From a virus (lineage: Duplodnaviria; Caudoviricetes), in IMG/VR virus record IMGVR_UViG_3300028914_001625, positions 1-64,000 of that record: a stretch of DNA of 64,000 nucleotides; one strand, written 5' to 3'. The notes beneath the pieces were generated by a model. The model was given only the letters and a program-made list of their open reading frames with translations, was not told the origin of the DNA and did no database searches. Below are positions 18,200-25,926 of this stretch, one piece after another. How positions within the stretch are numbered: the first letter of the stretch is position 1; every line of letters starts with the position of its first letter. Made by a program: the position numbers and the translations under genes.

Positions 18200-18559
18200 T
18201 TAATCTTTAAAATACGGCTGCAGCGCAGTAATGTATGCGTCAACCGGCTTGTCCATTTCATTCGGTTCAGCCTCTACACACTGCTTGTAAAATGCTTCAT
18301 TGTAGTACTTGGACTTTTCTTTGAAGCAGAGTTCATACAGTTCATTGACGAACTTGTAGCGGTGCATCTTTTCAGGATTCTGCGAGATACCGATGAGGTA
18401 GTTGAAGTTTCGCTTCAGAAGTTTCGGAGTTTCCTTCTTGCACTTATGCAGATAGACAGAACATTGCTGATACTGCTGACAGGCAAGATAGCGGCCTACA
18501 TTCTGTGTAATTGTAAGGTCCGGCTTAAAGAGGCGAAGAAAAAGTTCTTTCATATTCAT
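18200..18559 (-). CDS. Hypothetical protein
   Basis: ORF. Confidence 0.6.
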   Translation of the reverse strand: MNMKELFLRLFKPDLTITQNVGRYLACQQYQQCSVYLHKCKKETPKLLKRNFNYLIGISQNPEKMHRYKFVNELYELCFKEKSKYYNEAFYKQCVEAEPNEMDKPVDAYITALQPYFKD

Positions 18560-18572
18560 AAAAATAAGGAAA

Positions 18573-18596
18573 GAACTGCTAGTTACCTAGCAGTTC
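18573..18596 (-). terminator. Intrinsic terminator
   Basis: 10-bp gaactgctag/ctagcagttc stem followed by a T-rich run on the minus strand. Confidence 0.65.
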
Positions 18597-18609
18597 AAAG
18601 GTTAAAGAC

Positions 18610-19311
18610 TTACTTGTCTTCGTTCTTGTTTTCGTTAAGAGTCTGAGGTGCCGGAGCAGTTTCATCGCCTTCATCGAAGTCAATGTCAAACATCTTACCG
18701 AAGTCCAAACCGCCAAGAAGGCCACCGTTTCCACCGCCAAGCATAGTCTGCATAGCGAGGAGCGGCATGATTCCCTGGAACATCTGGCCCATAGGATTCT
18801 GGTCAGCAGCGGTCTTGCCAGTTGCCTTTCCGCCGAAGAGGTTGCCGTTGTTCATCACTTCCTGCATGACAGCAAGGCCAAGCATGCTCTTAAGCGCGTT
18901 GCCGCCCTTGCCGAACTGCTTTCCGAACGGATTTACGACCTTACCGTAGAAGTAGGAAGCACCCCAAAGAACATGATGTTCAGGATAGATGTCTTCACGC
19001 TTGTTAGTTTCATAGTCAATGACAGTGACGGTTCCTTCGTCCTTGCCGTTGACCTTGATGACGCACTTTGCTTCGCCATCAACGATAATGACATCACCAG
19101 TCTTGACCTTTGCGGTCGGCATGACGAAGAACATATCAATTCCGTTCATGCAGAGTTCAGTGACGTTGGTAAGACGCTTGGTGTTCACATCAAAGGTCTT
19201 GTAACCTTTGCTGGTGTTGACTGCAAGCTGGCCGTCAAGAGAAAGAGCGAAGTCGCCCTTATTCATCTTTCCGAACATACCGTTAAACATGTTACCGAGG
19301 TTGAGATTCAT
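18610..19311 (-). CDS. Hypothetical protein with Gly/Met-rich C-terminus
   Basis: ORF with biased codon use and a good SD. Confidence 0.7.
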   Translation of the reverse strand: MNLNLGNMFNGMFGKMNKGDFALSLDGQLAVNTSKGYKTFDVNTKRLTNVTELCMNGIDMFFVMPTAKVKTGDVIIVDGEAKCVIKVNGKDEGTVTVIDYETNKREDIYPEHHVLWGASYFYGKVVNPFGKQFGKGGNALKSMLGLAVMQEVMNNGNLFGGKATGKTAADQNPMGQMFQGIMPLLAMQTMLGGGNGGLLGGLDFGKMFDIDFDEGDETAPAPQTLNENKNEDK

Positions 19312-19363
19312 AGTAAATTTTCCTTTTTGTTTGGAGGTTTGAGTTTTGTTTGATTACGTAGTA

Positions 19364-19395
19364 AATATAAAAATAAATGGGTTGTTTGGCAACCC
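19364..19395 (-). promoter_or_regulatory. sigma70-type promoter TTGCCA-N17-TATATT with the -35 inside a hairpin
   Basis: Minus strand: gggTTGCCAaacaacccatttatttt-TATATT. Confidence 0.75.
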
Positions 19396-19401
19396 GTTGA
19401 A

Positions 19402-21408
19402 TTAGATTTTTTGCTTTTTGTTTCTCTTAAGAGTAATTACAGGCATTTCCATGAAAGAGTAAGTTGTTACAGCGTCTGCCTTCTTAGCAGGCTTCTTCAA
19501 GGTAATGCGTTCTTCCTTAACTTCCGCGTCTTGCTTTTCTTTAACTTCAATTTCAAAGTCAAGATCCATTGGAGTGTTGAGCCAGCAATGAAGATGGCCG
19601 TCATAAAAGCAATTACACATATCCATAATTTCACGATTAGTCATCTGTCTTACAGTGAAGTCACCCATCTGTTCACAAAGGTGAGGAATACGTCCGTTGT
19701 CTTGGTTGATTAAGATGCAGACATCAGGCTTGGTAGCATCAATGTCAAACTTATATTCGTGTGCCCAAGAAAGTTTCAAAGTAAGACCAACTTCATTACG
19801 GTCAGTTTCCGGATTTCTGTAGATCTTAGAGTCATAATCTACCTTCATGCCGCGAGACTGAAGATAGCTAGCGACATCGTTGAGATTCTTCTGATTTACA
19901 GGAATGACGAGGAGAGATGGAAGCATGTTATCATTAAGATAGACATCTAATCTCTGAACGTTCTTAAGAACTTTCTTCTTCTTTACCATTTTCTTTTCTT
20001 CCTTTTTCTTTAAGCCAAGATTGCTTTCCATAAGTTGGCGAACCTTCTCTGACAGATCATTCTTTATTTTTTCAAGTTCATTTGGTTCAGCGCTGCGGCG
20101 CAGCATTGTATTTGCGCGGCATCTTGCGACAAAGTCCAGCATTTCTTGCTGGTTCTTTCGTTCATCACCCCAGCGGTCACAATCGTAACCTTGCATTTCT
20201 TGCTGATGCTTTAGTTCGTCACCCCAGCGGTCATAATCGTATCCGACTTCTTGATTCATTTCTGTTTCCTTTTCAGTTGTGGTTAGTGTAGTTACATGTG
20301 GATAAAATTCAATCGGTCCTTCATAAAAGCCAGTGCATTCATTAAGCTTGAGTTGATAATAGTCGTTAATCATCATGTACTTAACAAGCATGATTCTTGT
20401 ATTTGCGTAGCACTGACATACATCTGATTTTTCCGACAGTTCGTCACACCCATATCCGTAGCATTCATCTTCCCAATTCCAAGTTCTATAAGTATACTTG
20501 TGGTCATGAATTTTTACATCTATCTGGTCAAGATGTCCAGCAGGATAAATCAAGTTCTTGGGAGTTCCATCATTTTTCATCTCAAAGAACTTGTGATACT
20601 CCTCACGCGGCAAGGGCGACTGCACTCTTGTCTGCTTTCCAATAGTCTGGAATACCAAGTCACGTCTGTCGTCATCATCAATGTTTTCAAACTTCTTGCC
20701 GACATTAGGCAAGATTTCAGACACAGTACCGAACAGCCAATACTCTGCATCACTGTCTTCAGATTTAAATCTGAAGTTCTCGAGAGGGAAGAGCGGCTTG
20801 AAACCCTTATGATGAACAGAAGGTCTTGCTCTGTTCTCATTTTCATTACTCTTCAACGGCCAAGCGTCATTGTAAAGAGTAAGCAAGTAAAGAAGTTTAG
20901 CAACCTTCAAATATCTTGGAGTTCCGTATTCAAGCTGGGTTGTCCTGTTAGAAACTTGCCAAGGAACCTGACCCCAAGATATAGCCTTCACTTCAGAAAG
21001 CGGGATGGTAAGTTCTTCATTGGTGTTATAGCTGGCAAAGTCGCCATCTTCCCAGTCATCATGCCAAGCAGGTTCAAGATGCAAACGTCCTACACAGTCA
21101 AACTTCTTAAACCAGTAAGGTTTCAGTGTGAAATTGAAATCTGACCTGAAGTCGCCGTGAGTGCAGAGCTTGATGTACATCGGCTTGGAAGGTTCAAATT
21201 CCTTAAAGAGCGGGAACTCGAAGTAAGTCATTCTTCCCCAGCCCATACGGTTAAGGCACTTATTGTCCTTAAGAATTTGGCCGGAGATTACATAATCCTT
21301 CTCATCCCGCTTGTCAATGTTATCAAGTAAATAACATTTCTTGTCTCCCCATACATAACTGACATTCTCGCCAATCGGAGACATCCAAAATTTAAAGTTG
21401 CTTGCCAT
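19402..21408 (-). CDS. Large hypothetical protein (668 aa) with an internal 18-aa duplication
   Basis: ORF. Confidence 0.7.
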   Translation of the reverse strand: MASNFKFWMSPIGENVSYVWGDKKCYLLDNIDKRDEKDYVISGQILKDNKCLNRMGWGRMTYFEFPLFKEFEPSKPMYIKLCTHGDFRSDFNFTLKPYWFKKFDCVGRLHLEPAWHDDWEDGDFASYNTNEELTIPLSEVKAISWGQVPWQVSNRTTQLEYGTPRYLKVAKLLYLLTLYNDAWPLKSNENENRARPSVHHKGFKPLFPLENFRFKSEDSDAEYWLFGTVSEILPNVGKKFENIDDDDRRDLVFQTIGKQTRVQSPLPREEYHKFFEMKNDGTPKNLIYPAGHLDQIDVKIHDHKYTYRTWNWEDECYGYGCDELSEKSDVCQCYANTRIMLVKYMMINDYYQLKLNECTGFYEGPIEFYPHVTTLTTTEKETEMNQEVGYDYDRWGDELKHQQEMQGYDCDRWGDERKNQQEMLDFVARCRANTMLRRSAEPNELEKIKNDLSEKVRQLMESNLGLKKKEEKKMVKKKKVLKNVQRLDVYLNDNMLPSLLVIPVNQKNLNDVASYLQSRGMKVDYDSKIYRNPETDRNEVGLTLKLSWAHEYKFDIDATKPDVCILINQDNGRIPHLCEQMGDFTVRQMTNREIMDMCNCFYDGHLHCWLNTPMDLDFEIEVKEKQDAEVKEERITLKKPAKKADAVTTYSFMEMPVITLKRNKKQKI
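20139..20244. repeat. Two-copy 54-nt in-frame tandem repeat
   Basis: Copies start at 20139 and 20193; encode GYDYDRWGDELKHQQEMQ and GYDCDRWGDERKNQQEML. Confidence 0.9.
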
Positions 21409-21653
21409 TAAGTGTTTCCTCGTGAGTTAGGAGTCTTAGTACTTCCACTCACATACTTAGTGTGAATTACATTAGCAGTGATAAAATGTGCTACTTTCTC
21501 AAGGAACCTGTCTTCTTCAAGATAGAAGATGTCCATTCCATACCAGCTGCAAAAGTTTGACATAAACTGACCAAAACGCCAGTCTGGGAAGTTCTTCTTG
21601 TGAATTTCCTTCAGTTGTTCATAGAAGGTATCAAGACGAGCAGCATCTCTCAT
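21408..21653 (-). CDS. Small phage protein, weakly DUF1040/YihD-like
   Basis: MRDAARLD...PDWRFGQF...DIFYLEED pattern. Confidence 0.5.
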   Translation of the reverse strand: MRDAARLDTFYEQLKEIHKKNFPDWRFGQFMSNFCSWYGMDIFYLEEDRFLEKVAHFITANVIHTKYVSGSTKTPNSRGNT

Positions 21654-21685
21654 TTTAAGTTCCTCTTTTAAAGTTTTCTAAAACA

Positions 21686-21720
21686 AAAATATAAAAAACT
21701 TGGGGTCTTGTAAACCCCAA
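21686..21720 (-). promoter_or_regulatory. sigma70-type promoter TTTACA-N17-TATTTT with the -35 inside a hairpin
   Basis: Minus strand: ttggggTTTACAagaccccaagtttttta-TATTTT. Confidence 0.7.
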
Positions 21721-21743
21721 ATTTATAAGATCTTTCTTAAAGA

Positions 21744-22178
21744 CTAAAGGCTAAACAAACCATAGCCTGCGCCTTCTAACTGGAAGCTCTGTTCTTGATT
21801 CGGAATGTAGTAACGTTCCCATTCAAAGTCAGGAATGAAGTGCTTGACCAATTCCATAGCGATGGAAACAAAGTCGTCGTCGCCATCAACCCAGTAGCGC
21901 TTATCATCATCGTCGTCATCATCATTTTCAAGATACTCTTCCTTAATGATTCCGAGCTCAAGAAGCTTGTCAAGGGCTTCGCCGCGAATATATCTGTCTT
22001 CGTAGTCGCTGCACATTTTTTGAACGTCGCAGCCAAGTTCTTTAGCACACTTTTCAAGAGCTTTATCAATCTCCTTACCGGAATGATTAGCGCAGATAGT
22101 CCAATCTTCTTTAAGACCAGAGCCATCGCCTGACGGATCGCCCATTGTGAAAGTGATAATGTGATTTTTCTTTGCCAT
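21744..22178 (-). CDS. Acidic hypothetical protein
   Basis: ORF with a poly-Asp run. Confidence 0.65.
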   Translation of the reverse strand: MAKKNHIITFTMGDPSGDGSGLKEDWTICANHSGKEIDKALEKCAKELGCDVQKMCSDYEDRYIRGEALDKLLELGIIKEEYLENDDDDDDDKRYWVDGDDDFVSIAMELVKHFIPDFEWERYYIPNQEQSFQLEGAGYGLFSL

Positions 22179-22191
22179 AGTATGTTTCCTT

Positions 22192-22707
22192 TTATTTTGT
22201 TTGAATTCTTTTCACGACGTCAGCCTGCATCTTTGACCAATCAGGATCCGGCTGTTCGTCCATAATCTTGTCTGACCATTCTTGATTAGCACAAGGCTGG
22301 TAGTCACCGCAGGTACCACAGGCACACTTACAGGTATGACAGTAAATGTTACCGTCCGAAGGAATGTAAGCACGGAGCTTATCAGACGGGTCAAGATAGA
22401 CGACAAAGTGGACGGGATATTCCCAGTCGCCGCCTGCCCAACACCAGACGATAGCGGTTCCATCAGGAAGAACGCGAGAACCTTCAGTAGCTCCTTCACA
22501 GTTCTCGAAGTCAAAATCAATCTTTTCAAGATCCTTACGAGCCTGCGTGTCGCTGTAAGCCATAGAAGACAGATACTGACAAATTATCTGGTCTTCGTCA
22601 GTTTCATCAAAATCTTCTGGGTCAATTTCTTGGTCCTTTCTGATAAACTCAAGCATCTTTTGAATGATGTCTTGACGAGTTGAACCTTTCTTAGCATATC
22701 TTGCCAT
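22192..22707 (-). CDS. Hypothetical protein with a Cys cluster
   Basis: CHTCKCACGTC motif; aaggag SD. Confidence 0.65.
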   Translation of the reverse strand: MARYAKKGSTRQDIIQKMLEFIRKDQEIDPEDFDETDEDQIICQYLSSMAYSDTQARKDLEKIDFDFENCEGATEGSRVLPDGTAIVWCWAGGDWEYPVHFVVYLDPSDKLRAYIPSDGNIYCHTCKCACGTCGDYQPCANQEWSDKIMDEQPDPDWSKMQADVVKRIQTK

Positions 22708-22731
22708 AGTTTTACTCCTTTAATACTTTCC

Positions 22732-22932
22732 TTACTTTTGAACACAAACCCAGTTAACGGAGCCGCCATTACTCTGGTTATTCCTTACACTAGGTTGAGC
22801 CTTTGCCCATTCCGCACCTGCAAAGCGGCATGTAGCAGCACTATTAAATTCCTGAGTTGCTACCGTTGAACTGCCCCAACCCGCATAACCGGAATTACCT
22901 GCAAAGACGATAGTCATAATGAGAATCCACAT
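22732..22932 (-). CDS. Small secreted or membrane protein with two Cys
   Basis: Start MWILIMTIVFAG at 22932 after a gagg SD. Confidence 0.55.
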   Translation of the reverse strand: MWILIMTIVFAGNSGYAGWGSSTVATQEFNSAATCRFAGAEWAKAQPSVRNNQSNGGSVNWVCVQK

Positions 22933-22946
22933 TTTTATTACCTCTT

Positions 22947-23282
22947 TTAGTTGCCGCCTTCGGCTTCTTGAATGATCATATCTTTTACTTTTGGTGAAAG
23001 ACAAAGTTCATATCTGTCTTTGTCATAATAAACCAATTGCGGTGTGACTTGAGGCACTTTCGGATCATCTGACATTTCCATCAAGCACATCGCATTGTAT
23101 GTTTGACCGTCAAGTTCAACGGGAATAGGAAGAGGCATGATCATCTTCTTATTCTTAAATTCTTTATTGCGGTCATAAACGTCCTTCCAAGTAAGCATGT
23201 GCGTTTCAGCAATCTTATAGAGAAGGTCATTTGCCTTCTTATCTTCTACATGTTTAACTTTTGCTTCCATTAGCCGTCCCAC
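22947..23282 (-). CDS. Hypothetical protein
   Basis: ORF; start may be MEAKVK. Confidence 0.6.
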   Translation of the reverse strand: MGRLMEAKVKHVEDKKANDLLYKIAETHMLTWKDVYDRNKEFKNKKMIMPLPIPVELDGQTYNAMCLMEMSDDPKVPQVTPQLVYYDKDRYELCLSPKVKDMIIQEAEGGN

Positions 23283-24328
23283 CTTTCTGTCTTGTTTCCC
23301 CAGTCATTGATGATTTGTGCATGATGGAATGCGAGATGCGGAAGGTCATTAACATTGAACCATCTTGCTTCTGCTGCGTCATCATCGCCCTTAGCAAGTT
23401 TCATATCCTGCTTGGAGATTCTTACTGCAAAGGCTACATCAACGATCTTCATTCTTGGGTCAAAGTTATGTCCGTAAGCCTTAATCTGCTGGAACTTCTC
23501 AGGATCATAATTAAGACCAGTTTCTTCCTTCAATTCTCGTGCAGCGCCGTAAGCCAAGTCTTCGTCTGTCTTTTCAAAGAATCCACCAGGCAAAGCCCAG
23601 TAATTTTGGAAAGGCGGTTTCTTTCTACGGATAAGAAGAATTTCATCACCGTTCCAAGCGATAGTGTCAGTTGTGACAGAAGGCTCGCCCCAATGATTTT
23701 CTTCTTTCTTCTTTGCATATTCCTGAAGGAACTTGAGTTCTTCCTTATCATACTCAGGTTTGTTCTGATGATAAAGTCCCCAGTCCTTAATTTCACGGAA
23801 CGCCTTATGAGTCAAGCAATCATTGACTTCATCATAATGGGTTTCAGGATTTCGGTCAAAGATCCGACGAACTTTAGACGAAGAACAGTCAGGCAAATCC
23901 AGCTTCATGATCTGGACATTATCAAGATGTTCTACAAGGTTATCTTCACGGGTAAAGACCAGGAACTTGAAGTTCTTCAAAAGCAAGTCGGAATGAACCC
24001 ACTCACCGGCCTTAAGCGACTTCCATTCGTCGCCGCCAATAACAATCGTATAATCGTTGTCATCTTCAGGTTTAACGTCTTGACGAATGAACTGATACAT
24101 TCTGTAAGCCTGTTCAACGACTTTGACATTCTTACTGAGCATTCCCTTAAGAGAAGCACAGACAAGCATCATACGGGAATTGATGCAAGCACCGTATTCC
24201 TTTTCGTCATTGTTCGTTACAGCGATGATAAGTTCATCACCATCCTTAAGCAGTTTCTTGACCTTCTTGATAATCTCAATATGAGCTTTCGTAATCGGGT
24301 CAGCGGCAAATCCATAAATGTAATGCAT
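23270..24328 (-). CDS. nadD: Nicotinate-nucleotide adenylyltransferase (NadD-like) fused to an ADP-ribose-type Nudix hydrolase
   Basis: YGFAADPITKAH ((T/H)xxH), IVIGGDEW.SL..W, CSSSKVR; Nudix part PSVTTD, WALPGGF, GAARELKEETGL, DPR, GDDDAAEARWF. Confidence 0.82.
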   Translation of the reverse strand: MHYIYGFAADPITKAHIEIIKKVKKLLKDGDELIIAVTNNDEKEYGACINSRMMLVCASLKGMLSKNVKVVEQAYRMYQFIRQDVKPEDDNDYTIVIGGDEWKSLKAGEWVHSDLLLKNFKFLVFTREDNLVEHLDNVQIMKLDLPDCSSSKVRRIFDRNPETHYDEVNDCLTHKAFREIKDWGLYHQNKPEYDKEELKFLQEYAKKKEENHWGEPSVTTDTIAWNGDEILLIRRKKPPFQNYWALPGGFFEKTDEDLAYGAARELKEETGLNYDPEKFQQIKAYGHNFDPRMKIVDVAFAVRISKQDMKLAKGDDDAAEARWFNVNDLPHLAFHHAQIINDWGNKTERWDG

Positions 24329-24329
24329 G

Positions 24330-24713
24330 TTACTTTACCTCTTTGATTTTAAATTTTTTTCCGTATTTTTCAATGCACCAGTTTGCTTCATCAATCATTT
24401 CTTGAACGGACTTATAGTCAGCAGCGTCTGCCCAATCAACAGCAACCCAAGGCTGCATTCCAATCAAGACTGCTTCGCCATCAGGAAATGCAGCATCATC
24501 ACAGTCTTCATCGTATGTTTTGTCATTTGCATCTTTAAAGCAGAATTGAAATCCTTCAGAGGCTTTATATCCTTTCTTCATAAATTCAATAAAGCCTTTG
24601 CTTTCTTTCATGATATAAAAAGTCCCGTCTTTTTCAAACGCTTTTTTCACGACTTCTATAGGGAAGCGCGGCTTGTCATACGGCTTCACCTCATCACGGA
24701 AAATGTTTTTCAT
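24330..24713 (-). CDS. Hypothetical protein
   Basis: ORF in packed run. Confidence 0.6.
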   Translation of the reverse strand: MKNIFRDEVKPYDKPRFPIEVVKKAFEKDGTFYIMKESKGFIEFMKKGYKASEGFQFCFKDANDKTYDEDCDDAAFPDGEAVLIGMQPWVAVDWADAADYKSVQEMIDEANWCIEKYGKKFKIKEVK

Positions 24714-25048
24714 TATAGTAGTCTCCCATTCATAAACAGTTCTTTAAGTTCTTCTTTTGAAAGTTTGTCCCAATCAGGAGACAATTCACAAGTCCTACAC
24801 CAATGTCGCAGAGCATCTTCATCGTCATTAAACGACATTTCGTAAGCACAAGAAAGACGCATGTACATTGCATTGTTTCCAGCCTTCTTCTGTTCCCAGG
24901 CCTCGTCAAGCGTCTTGAAATTTTCTTTAGAGTCATCAAAGATCTTTTCAGCGTCATCGCCAAAAACACGCCTGACAGACTTTGCTATCAGGTCAAGATC
25001 CTTCTCAAACTCAGGATACTTCGTTTTCAATTTTTCATAGGAAAGCAT
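24713..25048 (-). CDS. Hypothetical protein
   Basis: ORF in packed run. Confidence 0.6.
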   Translation of the reverse strand: MLSYEKLKTKYPEFEKDLDLIAKSVRRVFGDDAEKIFDDSKENFKTLDEAWEQKKAGNNAMYMRLSCAYEMSFNDDEDALRHWCRTCELSPDWDKLSKEELKELFMNGRLL

Positions 25049-25133
25049 TTCTATACCACCAAGAAAATGATAATAAAAGCGATAGAGACAATCATCGCTA
25101 TCGCTGCAAAAAGTTTGTCAAGATCCGTCTGCT

Positions 25134-25412
25134 TCATACCACTATCCACCAAAGACCGATAAGAATGATAATCAGCATGATGAAGAGAGGGTAAAATTCT
25201 TTGAAGCAATCAATAAGCAGATCATAAGTTACATCAACTGAAATATCCAAATCAGGCGAGTTAATGTCCGGCTTGACAGTGCATTTCTCATCGGTGTAGA
25301 ACTCCTTAAGGTTCTTGAAATGCAAGTAATGTCTTATGATTTTCTTTAAGAGCTTTTTCATATTGTCCTTTTGCTTTTTTGTAAAAATAAAAACATTTGG
25401 GTCAACTGTCAA
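25134..25412 (-). CDS. Membrane protein (true start likely MKKLLK downstream of the promoter)
   Basis: C-terminal TM helix; the track start lies inside the promoter. Confidence 0.55.
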   Translation of the reverse strand: MTVDPNVFIFTKKQKDNMKKLLKKIIRHYLHFKNLKEFYTDEKCTVKPDINSPDLDISVDVTYDLLIDCFKEFYPLFIMLIIILIGLWWIVV

Positions 25413-25420
25413 CCCAAATG
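25384..25420 (-). promoter_or_regulatory. sigma70-type promoter TTGACA-N17-TATTTT with the -35 inside a 9-bp hairpin
   Basis: Minus strand: catttgggTTGACAgttgacccaaatgtttt-TATTTT. Confidence 0.75.
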
Positions 25421-25446
25421 CAAAAGAAAAAACAAGATTTTTCTAA

Positions 25447-25698
25447 TTACGAGACAGGTTTTGTTTTATCTATCTCGATAGAACGAATGTCATAATCGGT
25501 GCCGTAATAAGGTAAGAGCTGTTCTTTAAGGACATTTCTCACCTCATTCTCATCTTTTCCATAGCGCTTGAAGTACATCAACTGCTTCGGTTGATAAATT
25601 ATTTTAGCGCCAGTTTTTGGGTGCGTAAAGGTTATTTCTCGGGTTTCTACAAGAATCTTGTATCTTTCCATTTCCATCCTTTTAAACGTTACCGACAT
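25447..25698 (-). CDS. Hypothetical protein
   Basis: ORF. Confidence 0.55.
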   Translation of the reverse strand: MSVTFKRMEMERYKILVETREITFTHPKTGAKIIYQPKQLMYFKRYGKDENEVRNVLKEQLLPYYGTDYDIRSIEIDKTKPVS

Positions 25699-25918
25699 CT
25701 AACTTTCTCACAAAGGTCGCATGGTACTCTTCAATTTCGGTTTCCCAGCCTTTAGACTGATATGCTTCCGCCATTTTACGAGCCCATGTTTCCATCTTAT
25801 AATGGTGAGCCTCATGAAGGGCCTTGCAGATACATGTCCGAGCATTCCTCTTTCCGAGGTAGTGGACATCTGTATATCCGTGGCCCGTCAATTTAACTAC
25901 AAAGAAATTGAACTCCAT
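25682..25918 (-). CDS. Hypothetical protein
   Basis: ORF with an aggac SD-like site. Confidence 0.55.
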   Translation of the reverse strand: MEFNFFVVKLTGHGYTDVHYLGKRNARTCICKALHEAHHYKMETWARKMAEAYQSKGWETEIEEYHATFVRKLDVGNV

Positions 25919-25926
25919 AAGTCCTC

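Noticed and set aside
21900-21930. Trinucleotide-like tcatcg run
   Set aside because: It simply encodes a poly-Asp tract in an acidic protein.
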